Below are positions 37,261 to 47,863 of a DNA stretch of 64,000 bases, in pieces (the stretch's first letter is position 1; every line of letters starts with the position of its first letter). The notes under the pieces are model-generated. The model did no database searches. It saw only the letters and a program-made list of their open reading frames with translations, and was not told the origin of the DNA. Source of the stretch: a virus (Duplodnaviria > Caudoviricetes); IMG/VR virus record IMGVR_UViG_3300010049_000011, positions 81,123 to 145,122 of that record. One strand, written 5' to 3'. The position numbers and the translations under genes are program-made.

Positions 37261-38820
37261 ATGCATGCACCTTATAAGAAACCTCTGAGGACTTTTGTCC
37301 TCGAGGGCAAGAAGAACGTCCTTAAAGCTCTTAGGGACCCCAAAAACCAACACTATTTGAGAACCTATGACTTTTATCCAGATTCTGTGCCTGGGTATGA
37401 GATCCGAGTTCCCGACAATGTGTCTCAATTCAAGTGGATCAGCGAAGTCAAGATCAGAGTTCCTTGTCCCGAGACAGGATCTGAGAAAGAGAAGTGGGAT
37501 ATACGCCGAGACGAAGAGGGGAGACCTCTTTACTGGCAGAGAACCGGCAACCCATTCACAGAGAAAGAGTTCCCTAAGACCCCGTTGAAGGATTGCAAAT
37601 CCGTAAGGATACCTAGGTTCGGTAAGGGGGAGAAAGAATGGACAACTATGCCTGGCACTGGTATAAGGTCCCACTTAACCAAACTAGGCATCGAGCGAGG
37701 ACTTCTGAGGAACCTCACGTGGATAAATCGCCGTAAACCTTTCCGCACTGCTGAACTTGTCGGAGAGTATATCGATAAATATTTCGAGAAGTTTCTCCCG
37801 CGGTTAACCAGAGAAAATTGGGACAAATGCGTAGACCTTGCTGTATTTTACTCGAAGAACAAGATGATAAATGTGGCTAAGAAAATTCACAACTCCTACT
37901 GTTCCGAGGACGATATTGTGGCGGAGATGAAGGTTAAGGCCTTGGAAGTGGCTCAATTTGTGAAAGAGGAGTACATCGAAGATGGGCACTTCTTCATAGA
38001 GCTTTGGGGTTATGTGATATATTGTATAGGTACCCACACAGGGGAACTTATGACCAGATTCTCGAGACAACCAGATTCCTCAGTCTATAGCCGAGTAGCT
38101 TTACCCGAGACCGACGACGAAGGTAACGACAATGCTCACACGACCTTTACAGAGAACGTGATAGCTCAGAACCCGGACCTAGCTGTAACTACCCCAGACG
38201 AAACGTACGAGCACCACCACCTAAAGAATCAAAACATGAGAGAACTCCTGAAGGAGGAGATCCCTCACGTATGTTTGGACATGTCTGAAGAGGAGGAGGA
38301 ATTCTTCACTAAACTCTCGAAGAGCCTCGTAAGTTTCTCAGAGGAACCGGAAGATCTTACAGTTACCTTTCGATACAAAATCGGCGAAGACGAACACCTA
38401 CATTGCCAGTTTTACGAGTTTTTCTGCAAGGTTAAAATCTTCGATGGGAAGGTCTGGCTGTTCAACAAGACTTACTCTGTGAAAGAGGACGGCAGTCTGG
38501 TTCCTGAGAGAACGACCCCGCAAGGCATTTCCAAGCGTTGTGTTCCTAGCGATTACAATACAACGGATAGGGGAGACAGGGTTGGTTACCTTAAGATGAA
38601 GACGTTTCTCGACTCTCTCGGGTTGTTTTTATGGTCTATAAACGCACCCCAGACACGTATGGACGAAGCTATGGATGTTTTAAAGAAGATCTTCCTGACT
38701 TCGAAGTATAGAGTCCTGGGGTCCTTAGACGAGGACGATAAGAACGTCGTACGTGTTTCGGATCAAGAATGGAAGGACAACTGGGACAAACACCGAGTTG
38801 GCTACGCAGGACAGTGGTGA
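37261..38820 (+). CDS. Large protein with a central sigma-factor-like (region 2-3) segment; candidate phage sigma factor
   Basis: MINVAKKI...SEDDIVAE.....LE......F..LWGYV...I, then an acidic LPETDDEG..PDE.YE linker as in sigma70 regions 2/3.2; sole gene behind promoter copy 4. Confidence 0.4.
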   Translation: MHAPYKKPLRTFVLEGKKNVLKALRDPKNQHYLRTYDFYPDSVPGYEIRVPDNVSQFKWISEVKIRVPCPETGSEKEKWDIRRDEEGRPLYWQRTGNPFTEKEFPKTPLKDCKSVRIPRFGKGEKEWTTMPGTGIRSHLTKLGIERGLLRNLTWINRRKPFRTAELVGEYIDKYFEKFLPRLTRENWDKCVDLAVFYSKNKMINVAKKIHNSYCSEDDIVAEMKVKALEVAQFVKEEYIEDGHFFIELWGYVIYCIGTHTGELMTRFSRQPDSSVYSRVALPETDDEGNDNAHTTFTENVIAQNPDLAVTTPDETYEHHHLKNQNMRELLKEEIPHVCLDMSEEEEEFFTKLSKSLVSFSEEPEDLTVTFRYKIGEDEHLHCQFYEFFCKVKIFDGKVWLFNKTYSVKEDGSLVPERTTPQGISKRCVPSDYNTTDRGDRVGYLKMKTFLDSLGLFLWSINAPQTRMDEAMDVLKKIFLTSKYRVLGSLDEDDKNVVRVSDQEWKDNWDKHRVGYAGQW

Positions 38821-39149
38821 GATTTGTGCCAGTTAATGGCATCGTCAAAAGTACGCCAGAGGAGATATGTGTGGCCCAGACCCTCAACTCTCCTCTGGAA
38901 TTCTATCTGGGTGTCTGTTTGCTTTGACGCTTTATCGGGGGTTTTAATCTCAACAAACACAACTCTACCCTCAGGAAGAACAATCACAAGGTCTGAGACT
39001 CCCGCAAGGACTCCTTCACTCTTCATGATGGAGGCTTCGATTATACTTCCACGATAACCTCCGTTCGGGCAAGCGAAGACGTAGTAACCGAGTGTTCTGA
39101 GATACTTAACGATCCCTTGCTGTATCTTGGATTCTTTGTGGTTCGGCAT
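38802..39149 (-). CDS. VRR-NUC domain nuclease
   Basis: ESKIQ..I..YL...PNGG...GV.AGVSDL...FVEIK......Q..FQ. Confidence 0.9.
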   Translation of the reverse strand: MPNHKESKIQQGIVKYLRTLGYYVFACPNGGYRGSIIEASIMKSEGVLAGVSDLVIVLPEGRVVFVEIKTPDKASKQTDTQIEFQRRVEGLGHTYLLWRTFDDAINWHKSHHCPA

Positions 39150-39195
39150 AGAGTTCTAGGGGTTGTGCTTTACGTTTAGAAGCTAGGAGGATTAT

Positions 39196-39666
39196 TTGTC
39201 GGGAAGCTTTTACTCAACGAACCAGATATCTCAGGAACTGGATTTTATTACAGATCAGGAACTTTCTTTTCTTCTCGAGGATAGGGCATCTTATGATCAT
39301 CTAAGAGTCTTATTGGAATCTATACGGAACTTCTCCAACAAACTCGTAGAGGAGAGAACTAAGATTCTCGCTGATGTTAGTTTTTGGAAAGGGGAATTCA
39401 CTTCTCTCAAACTCCAGCTACAGGCGCTGGTTAAGAAGAAAGAGGCTCTACAATTTAACAAAATCATGGAAGATATGCGAGTGTCTGGATCCAAGTATTC
39501 TTCCGAGATTGTGACTAATAAAAAAGACGCAACTCTAGCAGAGGACACAGCCTTCAGTAAGATCGAAAGGGCCTTATTCTACGCTAACAAGTGGGGAGAC
39601 ATATTCACGGATTGTTATTACATATTAAACGGAACGCATAAGATACTTGACAAGGATATAATTTAA
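39196..39666 (+). CDS. Putative recombination mediator (UvsY-like) helical protein
   Basis: Size, all-helical pattern and position before the SSB. Confidence 0.35.
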   Translation: MSGSFYSTNQISQELDFITDQELSFLLEDRASYDHLRVLLESIRNFSNKLVEERTKILADVSFWKGEFTSLKLQLQALVKKKEALQFNKIMEDMRVSGSKYSSEIVTNKKDATLAEDTAFSKIERALFYANKWGDIFTDCYYILNGTHKILDKDII

Positions 39667-39690
39667 ACAACTAAATAAAAGGTAAACACG

Positions 39691-39927
39691 ATGACAAGAC
39701 TAAACACAAACGTAATACAAGAAAAGATAGACAACTCTAGCATTGACATAGTCTTGCTTGAAGGATATATACAGGAAGCTAAGGACAGAGAAAAGACAGA
39801 CAACGTTGATTACGAGAAGAGTATAGACAATATAGTCGCTCAATCAGAGATGAAGCTAAAATCCCTAGAAGTTTCTCGTGCAAAGCTTACACTTCTACTC
39901 GAAGAAGAACTAAAGAAGGGAGAATAA
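39691..39927 (+). CDS. Hypothetical coiled-coil protein
   Basis: ORF with SD. Confidence 0.5.
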   Translation: MTRLNTNVIQEKIDNSSIDIVLLEGYIQEAKDREKTDNVDYEKSIDNIVAQSEMKLKSLEVSRAKLTLLLEEELKKGE

Positions 39928-39929
39928 AC

Positions 39930-41030
39930 ATGAACGCGAAATTCGAAAAGAAATCTATCGATCTATCGTGGGTTAAGGACTACCTACAGAAGAATAAAAA
40001 AGAAGATCGTCAGTATGAGGATGACGGACCTAAGATATGGTGGTCGTCAGTTCGCAGCAAGGTTGCGGGACAGTACGTTACGAGCCAGTACAACTTTAGG
40101 CTAGTCCCTAATTCCGAAAAAGACATTCAGCGAGGCGAGCGATTCGGTCTAATGGTTTACCGCCACTGGGGTATGCCTACGAACGGAGGGAAAGATACTC
40201 GCTTCCTTTGTCCCGAGTACACTTATCCTTCTTCGGACGTTAAGTGTCCTATCTGCGAGGCAATTCGGGAGATGGAGAGGGCAGGTATAGATCCTGAAGC
40301 TCTCGACGACTACAGGCCTTCGGACGAGTTTTATATGCGAGGAGTAATGCTTGATACTCCGAATCCTGGAGACGCAGATTCTGTGGGCAAAGCTGGAGTA
40401 ATCCAGATGAACGGTCTTGGTAGCAAGAATGCTCTTATCGCCGAATATGCTCGAGAAGATAGGCCGGACTATCTAGACACGAGCGATGGCGAAGTAGTAT
40501 CTTTTATGTTCGATAAATCGCAAGGGAACTTCGGGATGTGGAAGCGCGAACTGAACGCATACCACCCTATGAGCAAAAAACCGTTGAACAGTGAAGTAAT
40601 CGAGGTATTCAAAGATCTCAACCTAACAGACGTCTTTCCCGTCCCCACGGATAATAGAGTCAACTCCATGATCGACAGCGCTAATCTTCTCAAGTCGAAG
40701 ATTCTCCCTGCAGGAGCTGCTATAAAAGAAGCAGTGTCTGTGGTTAAAGAAAGTGTAGTTGGCGACGACCGTATCCCGGAAGAATTCAAAGCGCAGCCGC
40801 GCTACGACGGGGAAGGTAATCGTCTAGACAACAACGGTAAGAAGGAAAACACCCCGACCATCGAGGACGATAATATAGGAGAAGTCTTCGGGCCGAGAAA
40901 AGAGGAGACTCCTAAGCAAGTTGAGGGTGAATGTATTCTCGGGGATAAGACTAAGTACTCTCTAAGCGAGCAGGCCTGTATGGGTTGTCCAATGGGGTTT
41001 AACTGCTACAAAGCTTCGGTCAATAAATAA
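39930..41030 (+). CDS. Single-stranded DNA-binding protein (gp32-like)
   Basis: FRLVP, HW...CP......CPICE zinc site, acidic C-terminal region, replication context. Confidence 0.75.
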   Translation: MNAKFEKKSIDLSWVKDYLQKNKKEDRQYEDDGPKIWWSSVRSKVAGQYVTSQYNFRLVPNSEKDIQRGERFGLMVYRHWGMPTNGGKDTRFLCPEYTYPSSDVKCPICEAIREMERAGIDPEALDDYRPSDEFYMRGVMLDTPNPGDADSVGKAGVIQMNGLGSKNALIAEYAREDRPDYLDTSDGEVVSFMFDKSQGNFGMWKRELNAYHPMSKKPLNSEVIEVFKDLNLTDVFPVPTDNRVNSMIDSANLLKSKILPAGAAIKEAVSVVKESVVGDDRIPEEFKAQPRYDGEGNRLDNNGKKENTPTIEDDNIGEVFGPRKEETPKQVEGECILGDKTKYSLSEQACMGCPMGFNCYKASVNK

Positions 41031-42076
41031 TGCCGAAAGATCCAGCGATTCTCTCTTTAGCTGGAAATATTGAAGGGTCAGGGAACAAAAACTCTGACCC
41101 CATTTTTGATATAATAATCGTAGACCTTGCTTGTGTTGTGATGAGTCGTTTGACCTCTAATAACGTAGATCCTATTGAGATTCGTCCGGGAGAGTGGTTG
41201 TGTGTGGAGGGGGTGACGGAGACAATGCTAGCGCTTAGGCACTATTCCGGGAGGTTCCAGTGCCGTAAGATTGTCTGCTGCTTCGAAGGCTACCCAGCTT
41301 ACCGATATGGGTTGTTCGAGTCCTATAAAGAAGACCGGAAGACAAATCCTAAAGACCCTAGAGCAGTGATCCTGAGGAGATCTAGGAAGTATGCTTTCAA
41401 TGTCCTAAAGGATCTCCTTCCCAGGCAAGGAATTAACACAACAGATTACGATAATCTCGAAGGAGATGACCAATTATATTTGGCAACTCAAACAGCAATA
41501 ACTAGCGGTTATAAAAAGATCCTGATAGTGTCTGAAGATAGAGACCACTACCAGCTCATGAAATATTTCCCTAGTATTGAGATATATCATCCTGTGAAGA
41601 GGGTCGTGGTATCTGCCAGCAATGTTCACGAACACTATTATTTAGGTGATCCGACCTGGATCGTCGTAGCTAAGGCCTTGACGGGAGACTCTGGAGATTG
41701 TATACCTCCATGTGTGAAGGGTCTGGGGGAGAAGAAAGCTCAAGTTATGTGTAAGATTCTCCAGCTTAGTGGAGTCAATCCAGATTCTCAAGACGTGTTT
41801 GTTAGACTGTCCCAAATAATCCAGAATAATTCTGAGAACGTGATTGAGAGGGCCTGTATCTCTTGCAGCACTACTCCTGGTAGAGTTAGGTCTACTCTCG
41901 AAGATTACGTATCCTCTGGGGTGAAAACGGCGGAGAGGAACAGAGAGCTTGTCGACTATCGTAGGGTTCCTATCTCTGAGGCTACTAAAGAAGACTGTTT
42001 GAGGATGGTTTCTACGCTGAGAGATTTCGAATATAGGAGAGATTTAATTGAACAATCGGTACTTAATCGCGGGTGA
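41030..42076 (+). CDS. 5'-3' exonuclease / RNase H (FEN family)
   Basis: IVD, R.....YK.DR, EGDD, SEDRD..QL, KALTGDSGD.IP...GLGEKKA. Confidence 0.9.
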   Translation: MPKDPAILSLAGNIEGSGNKNSDPIFDIIIVDLACVVMSRLTSNNVDPIEIRPGEWLCVEGVTETMLALRHYSGRFQCRKIVCCFEGYPAYRYGLFESYKEDRKTNPKDPRAVILRRSRKYAFNVLKDLLPRQGINTTDYDNLEGDDQLYLATQTAITSGYKKILIVSEDRDHYQLMKYFPSIEIYHPVKRVVVSASNVHEHYYLGDPTWIVVAKALTGDSGDCIPPCVKGLGEKKAQVMCKILQLSGVNPDSQDVFVRLSQIIQNNSENVIERACISCSTTPGRVRSTLEDYVSSGVKTAERNRELVDYRRVPISEATKEDCLRMVSTLRDFEYRRDLIEQSVLNRG

Positions 42077-43088
42077 CGAACATATAAATTCCTGCCACGA
42101 ATTTAGCAAACCCACAAAGGATGGATTGTCTGTTCGGCTGCAACAACATCTACTTCACGCCAGACAGATCTCCCAGAGGATCCTCGATTATAAACCTAGC
42201 TGTTTCGTCTCTTTAGGGGACATCTTCCACACACATACCACAATCGGTGTTGACTCTCTTATCACTGCCAAGAGGTGGTTTGATACGATATACGCGGCCT
42301 GCCGGAAAGTCGGTGCGCATTTTTATATAGTGGTCGGAAACCACGACTACTACTCCCTAACCTCTAACCTACATGCTTGTGAAATATTCAAGGGTATCGA
42401 AGGAGTTACGGTGGTTGATGAGTTCCTAGACACTCCCCAGGGAGTATTTATTCCTTACATGGAAGATTTTCGAGTAGTGGAAGCTCTAGTTAATGGGGTC
42501 TCTGATAAAGAAAGTAAAGTCTGTTTTTCTCACATCAATTTTCTCGGTGCAGGATTTTCTCCGACAATAAAGGACACTACCTCCAAGAACTTACCTGATT
42601 GGTTTAAGGACTTCAGGAAGGTTTATGCGGGCCACATACACATGCCTCAGGTTCTGGGGAAGAACATAAAATTCCCCGGATCACTCAACGACTTTTCCTT
42701 CAAATCTCCTCGGGCAGATAGGGGTCTAATCCTGTTCGACTCAGGAACCGGAGACGAGGACTTTATTCAGATAATCTCTCCTGATTTCTTAACATTCAAC
42801 GACGACAACATACAAGACGTAGGTCTGGGTAGTGGAGATTTTTATGCCAATATAAACTTATCCTCTAAGATGGTGTTGGAGGCTCACGGTTATTCAGAAG
42901 AATGGCTCAAGGAGAACACCGCAGGATACTATATAAATTACGACTATCAGAGAATCAAGAAGGGAGAGGCCCTTTCTGAGTCAGTACAGGAGAGATCTTT
43001 CCAGGAGATACTGAGCGAGTACGTCTCTTCTTCCATTGAAGATCCTAAAGACCACATTAAGTACGCACAGTCGAGGTTGTTGAAGTGA
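42048..43088 (+). CDS. Recombination nuclease subunit (SbcD/Mre11/gp47-like)
   Basis: GDEH, LGDIFH, GNHD, SH, GHIH..Q metallophosphoesterase motifs. Confidence 0.9.
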   Translation: MNNRYLIAGDEHINSCHEFSKPTKDGLSVRLQQHLLHARQISQRILDYKPSCFVSLGDIFHTHTTIGVDSLITAKRWFDTIYAACRKVGAHFYIVVGNHDYYSLTSNLHACEIFKGIEGVTVVDEFLDTPQGVFIPYMEDFRVVEALVNGVSDKESKVCFSHINFLGAGFSPTIKDTTSKNLPDWFKDFRKVYAGHIHMPQVLGKNIKFPGSLNDFSFKSPRADRGLILFDSGTGDEDFIQIISPDFLTFNDDNIQDVGLGSGDFYANINLSSKMVLEAHGYSEEWLKENTAGYYINYDYQRIKKGEALSESVQERSFQEILSEYVSSSIEDPKDHIKYAQSRLLK

Positions 43089-44908
43089 ATTTAAAAACAA
43101 TAAAATTACAAAATTTTAGGTCCTTCAAGAATTGCGAATTTGATGTGACTGAAGGTCTCTGGTTGGTGCAAGGAGAGAACCTAGACGACGGTATGTCGAG
43201 CGGGAACGGATCTGGGAAGAGTTCTTTGATCCTAGAGTCTATTCGGTGGTGTCTGTTCGGTTCCTCAAGAGACCCCGAGAAGGTTATTAATAACGCCGTC
43301 GGTAAGAATTGTTGCGTCTCCTTAGTGTTTGACAAGGACGGAGAAGAGGTGGTAATATCTAGGTATCGAAAGCATTCCGACTTCGAGAACGGTTTAAAAC
43401 TTTCTCTTGGAGGTCAAGAGGTTACTGGTTACAGAATAGCGGATACCCAGAAGAAGATAGAGGAGATACTAGGGGTTTCTGAGGATCTCTTTAATTCTCT
43501 GGTTGCTATGACCTACGATCTATCTGGGAGTTTCTCCCGACTGACTCCTGCTCAGAGGGTCGAGGTTTTAGAGTCTCTCGGGGTGTCTCAGAACTATGAC
43601 GAGATGAGGAATCGGGCGAGAACAGACTCTGCGGAAAGCAAACGAGAGATGCAACGTTTACAGGTTTCTCTGAGCGGGCTGCAGGGGTCCTTGGTCGAGA
43701 AGAAGAAAAGGTTAGACGATCTCGTGGAGGAATTAAGCAAGACTCCGGACGTAAAAGAACTCTCAGAGCAGAAAGCATCGGCCGATCAGGAAGTCGTGTT
43801 TCTCGAGAAGAACTTAGAGGGTATCCAAGAAAAAGTAAAAGAGCTTCCCTTTAAAATCTCAGAAACTAGGGACAACCTCGCTAATACTAAGGTAGGGATT
43901 CAAGAACATAATAACGAGTTAGATAAGAAAATTCTCACCCTATCTAGTGAAGAGTCTAACAATAATAAAGAAATTCATACAATAAAAAAGACCTTAGAGA
44001 GCGGTATATGTCCTGCCTGTAAGTCCGTTATTAAATCCTTCAGCGAATCCGAGAAGGCCGAATATACTTCGAAGATTATAGAGCTGGAGGGCAGGAACAA
44101 ATCTATAAACGAGGAGAAAGACTCCCTAAGTAAGTCTCGAAAGACCACAACCCCCGAGATCGAAGACTACGCTAAACTAATCACGCAACTAGAGTCTGAG
44201 CACCTCCAAATTAATAACGTAGTTCGGGAGATGCGGTCTAAGATCTTCACGGCCAAGACCCAGTCTAGTGTTATCGAGCAAAAGGTTTTAATCTTGTCGG
44301 AGAGTAAGGACAAACTGTTAATCGAACGCGAAATTAAACTAAAAGAAATAGACTTTGTTGAGGGGGAACAGAAAACTCTAACAGCGAGGGCTAGGGATGA
44401 ATCTAAAAAAGCAGCGATAGCGGATTACTTTTTTAAGACCCTATCTCCCGGAGGAGGTTTAAGGAATAAAATCCTCGAGAACACAATTAGATCTCTCAAC
44501 GTAACTCTCCACAAATACATCTCTAGGCTGTTCCAAAACTCCTTCGTAGAGATGGAAATTATAGACAAGAACATTGAGATTAAGTTTAAAGATGTGCGAG
44601 GAGAGAGAAGCGTAGAGACTCTATCCCAGGGAGAGATGCGGAGAGTAGACCTAGCGATACAGTTCGCTATATTAACTCTGGCTAAGAACTGTTCAAAGAC
44701 GGACTTTAATTTCCTCGTGTTAGATGAAGTTGGGATAGGTTTAGACGTTGTCGGTGTCCAGCAGATGATATCTCTCCTAGAGGTGTTGCAAGGGCGCATA
44801 CCTTCGATTTACGTTGTCTCGAACGACCCGATGTTCACTAATGCGATAGAGACACGCATTCTAGTCCGTAAGCAAGGTGGAGAGTCTAGAGTTGTCGGAA
44901 ACAATTAA
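43085..44908 (+). CDS. Recombination ATPase subunit (SbcC/Rad50/gp46-like)
   Basis: NFRSF, NGSGKSS, CPAC zinc hook, LSQGE, LVLDE. Confidence 0.93.
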   Translation: MNLKTIKLQNFRSFKNCEFDVTEGLWLVQGENLDDGMSSGNGSGKSSLILESIRWCLFGSSRDPEKVINNAVGKNCCVSLVFDKDGEEVVISRYRKHSDFENGLKLSLGGQEVTGYRIADTQKKIEEILGVSEDLFNSLVAMTYDLSGSFSRLTPAQRVEVLESLGVSQNYDEMRNRARTDSAESKREMQRLQVSLSGLQGSLVEKKKRLDDLVEELSKTPDVKELSEQKASADQEVVFLEKNLEGIQEKVKELPFKISETRDNLANTKVGIQEHNNELDKKILTLSSEESNNNKEIHTIKKTLESGICPACKSVIKSFSESEKAEYTSKIIELEGRNKSINEEKDSLSKSRKTTTPEIEDYAKLITQLESEHLQINNVVREMRSKIFTAKTQSSVIEQKVLILSESKDKLLIEREIKLKEIDFVEGEQKTLTARARDESKKAAIADYFFKTLSPGGGLRNKILENTIRSLNVTLHKYISRLFQNSFVEMEIIDKNIEIKFKDVRGERSVETLSQGEMRRVDLAIQFAILTLAKNCSKTDFNFLVLDEVGIGLDVVGVQQMISLLEVLQGRIPSIYVVSNDPMFTNAIETRILVRKQGGESRVVGNN

Positions 44909-47627
44909 CACAAAATTTAACATCATGGTTCCCTGGGCAGACGGGAAGGCCTGCCTAGAGAATGGTAGGATACTTCTTCTTTTTCGGGCCCCTGCGGGAG
45001 AGTACTTTACGGGTAAGGGAGAGGCTCGACAGTTTACAGATAAAATTCTCCCTGTTCGCATCAAGAACTATTTTAACATAATCAAGAACCAAGGGTTCGA
45101 TCTATACGGGGAATTCTTCGTGAACTATCTATGCTCCGAAACTCTCGGGACTAAGGACCCCGTCCCACACAACCAGATACCCCAAGGCTTGTCGGGTTTG
45201 GAGGGGTTGATCTCAAGCACTCCCTCAATTCAACTAGTGATGTTCGCAGGAACCAACACTTTCACCGAATTCTTCTCTGAAGAAAAGGTAGAGATGAAGG
45301 AGAAGGAAACAGGCGTAAAGGCTGTTAAGTCCGGTCTAAAGCAGGGAGTTGTCTACGAGATCGTATGGCGGAGTTTATCGTTCGAGTTTGTAATAACTCC
45401 CTCAGAATATTACTCAGATATGTTTGGGCAAGCGAGAGATGTTCAACACAAGAGATTTATCGAACAAGCGACAAGTTTATACAGATATCTGAACCCCGAT
45501 GTAGTCGAGGAAGACTACGGGGGTCTGGTGACCCCGGAAGAGTTTATAGAAACCCTCAAAAAGTACGAGGAGTGGTACCATTCCGGAGAGATAGATCGTA
45601 TCGGGTTCGATATAGAGACTACCGATTTTGACCCAACTAACGAGAACGCTAGGATCTGTATGTTCTCGATCGCAGATATGAAAACCCATCGAGGATATGC
45701 GGTAGCCCATTACCACCCCGAAGTCTGGATGTCGCAGAAGAAAAAGGAATACTGGACAGCTCTGTTGGGGAAACTACAGGTCCTCCAGAACGTAGTATCT
45801 GCGAACAACGAACACTTTGTTAAAGCCCTAACGATTGAACTTCAGGGGGTTAAGAAGGAGTGGGAACTACTTTTAAAGTCTACAGGAGAAGTTCCGTCGT
45901 CGGACGAAGACTCAATCATAGAGGCACTAGATACCTTCGTCGCCTTCTCGAGGCTAAAAGCGGTCAAGTACCCGAAGGACGAGTTCGAGTTTACTCTTCT
46001 GAAGATCAACACTCTATCCCAAAGCCTTAGGAAGCTGATAGCTTCGGACTACGACAGTAGGATCAAAGCAGTCGAAAAGCAACTAGACTCGACGCTGAGG
46101 AAAATCCCCTTAGTCGGGCATAACATTAAGTTCGACTTAGGTTGGTGTTACTCGAGAGGTATAGCTAACGACTGGATGAAGGTTTATGCGGATACCTATG
46201 CTTACGCTGTCGCCTTCGAGGGAGTCGAGGCCCCTAAGAACCTCGAAGATATCTCTATAAAAAAGCTAGGCGTCGATAACAAGTGGAAGTCTAAGTTTAA
46301 ATCCCACCCACGCCTGACTACTAGGTTGTGGGGCCTGAGGTATGATAACGTACCTTTAGATATTCTCGGACCGTACTCCTCGGGAGACGCTCTCGCTACT
46401 CTTCTGATAGAGGAAAAGTATAGGCCTGAGGCCGAGGAATTGAAGGTGTCTCCTCTCATGAAGGAAGTAAATATGGCTATAGAGGCCTACGCTTCGGCTG
46501 AGGCTGTGGGGTTCACTATTATCGAAGAAGATGCGAGAACCCTTTATCACCACCACAAGGAAAACCTAGAGAGGAATTTCTCGGAGATAAAGGCTATGAA
46601 AATGCCTCAGAAATTATTGGAAGATAACCCAGACCTCCAAGAAGAATGCGCTTTAAAGTTCGAGGGAGTCACTCGGTTATTCCGTATGAAGAAGGGAGAA
46701 GTCCTCCAGATAGCGGACGATAACCCTAACGGGCCGACTTTAAAGGAGTACACAGAACTCGAGGTCGGAGACAAAGTTTACGATAACGACGGAGAGTTAC
46801 GCGTCATAAAAGAAATTCGCTTGTCTGGGGGGTTCTCAATAACAAACACGGGAGCTAAATCTCACAGAGCTCAAGTCCTGTTTGGGAAGGATTACTACAA
46901 CATTCTCACAGATGTTAAGACAGAGACGGGAGAGTTCTCGACTAACACTAAGGAAGTATTGAAACCTCTCCAATCAAAGATCAGAGGTTGGTTGAAAGAA
47001 TACGAGGAAAACGGACAGGCTAACGAAGAATACATCCTCGAGATCGAGAGAAATAAAAAGGAACCACATTCTTACCCGATAACCTCTGAGAGGTATGAAA
47101 TCTTGAAGGAATGTCTGGAGTTCGTTACGAGACTAATAGACTACTCCGCAAGCAGTAAACTGTTTACGGCCTACCTGTCCCCCACTTTCGACGAGTTGAC
47201 TAACAAGGTTAAAGCACGGTTCCAAGGAGAGTTCAAGCTGGTTGGTGGGACGGTCTCGGGGAGAATGGCGTGTCTTCTCGGGGAAACTTTAATAGATACT
47301 GACTGCGGTATTTTACGCATAGATGATATTGTTGAGAATCAGAAGAAAGTTTCAATAAAATGCATTGATGAGTTGGGTAAAACTTCTTATAAAGAAGTGC
47401 AATCGTCCGTATGTAGTAAATTTGTAGACTGTTGGGTAGAGGTGGAATTGGAAGACGGTTCAGTAGTTAGGTGCACTCCCGATCACAGATTCGTTATAAA
47501 AAATCCGAGACCTTTAGATTGTAAAATAATTTACGAATTCGGAGTACCGTATAAGGAGGCTCAGTTCCTAAATTCGGACGATATCCTACAGACTGATAGA
47601 GCATATAAGGAGAAAGATGAGAATTAA
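44877..47627 (+). CDS. polA: DNA polymerase A, fragment 1: UDG-like N-terminus, 3'-5' exonuclease, thumb, ending in the N-half of a split intein
   Basis: FDIET, GHNIKFD and YSSGD exo motifs; TVSGRMA then CLLGET. Confidence 0.9.
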   Translation: MESLELSETINTKFNIMVPWADGKACLENGRILLLFRAPAGEYFTGKGEARQFTDKILPVRIKNYFNIIKNQGFDLYGEFFVNYLCSETLGTKDPVPHNQIPQGLSGLEGLISSTPSIQLVMFAGTNTFTEFFSEEKVEMKEKETGVKAVKSGLKQGVVYEIVWRSLSFEFVITPSEYYSDMFGQARDVQHKRFIEQATSLYRYLNPDVVEEDYGGLVTPEEFIETLKKYEEWYHSGEIDRIGFDIETTDFDPTNENARICMFSIADMKTHRGYAVAHYHPEVWMSQKKKEYWTALLGKLQVLQNVVSANNEHFVKALTIELQGVKKEWELLLKSTGEVPSSDEDSIIEALDTFVAFSRLKAVKYPKDEFEFTLLKINTLSQSLRKLIASDYDSRIKAVEKQLDSTLRKIPLVGHNIKFDLGWCYSRGIANDWMKVYADTYAYAVAFEGVEAPKNLEDISIKKLGVDNKWKSKFKSHPRLTTRLWGLRYDNVPLDILGPYSSGDALATLLIEEKYRPEAEELKVSPLMKEVNMAIEAYASAEAVGFTIIEEDARTLYHHHKENLERNFSEIKAMKMPQKLLEDNPDLQEECALKFEGVTRLFRMKKGEVLQIADDNPNGPTLKEYTELEVGDKVYDNDGELRVIKEIRLSGGFSITNTGAKSHRAQVLFGKDYYNILTDVKTETGEFSTNTKEVLKPLQSKIRGWLKEYEENGQANEEYILEIERNKKEPHSYPITSERYEILKECLEFVTRLIDYSASSKLFTAYLSPTFDELTNKVKARFQGEFKLVGGTVSGRMACLLGETLIDTDCGILRIDDIVENQKKVSIKCIDELGKTSYKEVQSSVCSKFVDCWVEVELEDGSVVRCTPDHRFVIKNPRPLDCKIIYEFGVPYKEAQFLNSDDILQTDRAYKEKDEN
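47271..47624 (+). mobile_element. Split intein N-fragment (118 aa)
   Basis: Cys1 CLLGETLI; block B VELEDGSVVRCTPDHRF; N4 YKEAQFL...D; then stop. Confidence 0.9.
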
Positions 47628-47862
47628 AGAAGTTAGATTTATAGGCGTTTCTGAGGATAGAAAAGTTCCTGTGTACGATCTTATTCTTGGATCCGATCCT
47701 CACAATTTTAAACTAGGTTGTGGGATTTTTGTCCACAACTCAAATTTTCACCTAGTTCCTCGACACGGGGGTATAAAGTGTATGTATACATCCCAATGGA
47801 ATTCGAGATCCAAGAGATTTGATCCAGGTTATAAAACCTCTAACTGGTCGTGTGAGGAGTAA
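47617..47862 (+). CDS. DNA polymerase A, fragment 2: split intein C-fragment (41 aa) + about 40-aa C-extein
   Basis: AAGGAG SD; MRIKEV...VYDL....PHNF....IFVHN then Ser+1 (47740) SNFHLVPR..IK.MYTS. Confidence 0.88.
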   Translation: MRIKEVRFIGVSEDRKVPVYDLILGSDPHNFKLGCGIFVHNSNFHLVPRHGGIKCMYTSQWNSRSKRFDPGYKTSNWSCEE

Positions 47863-47863
47863 T

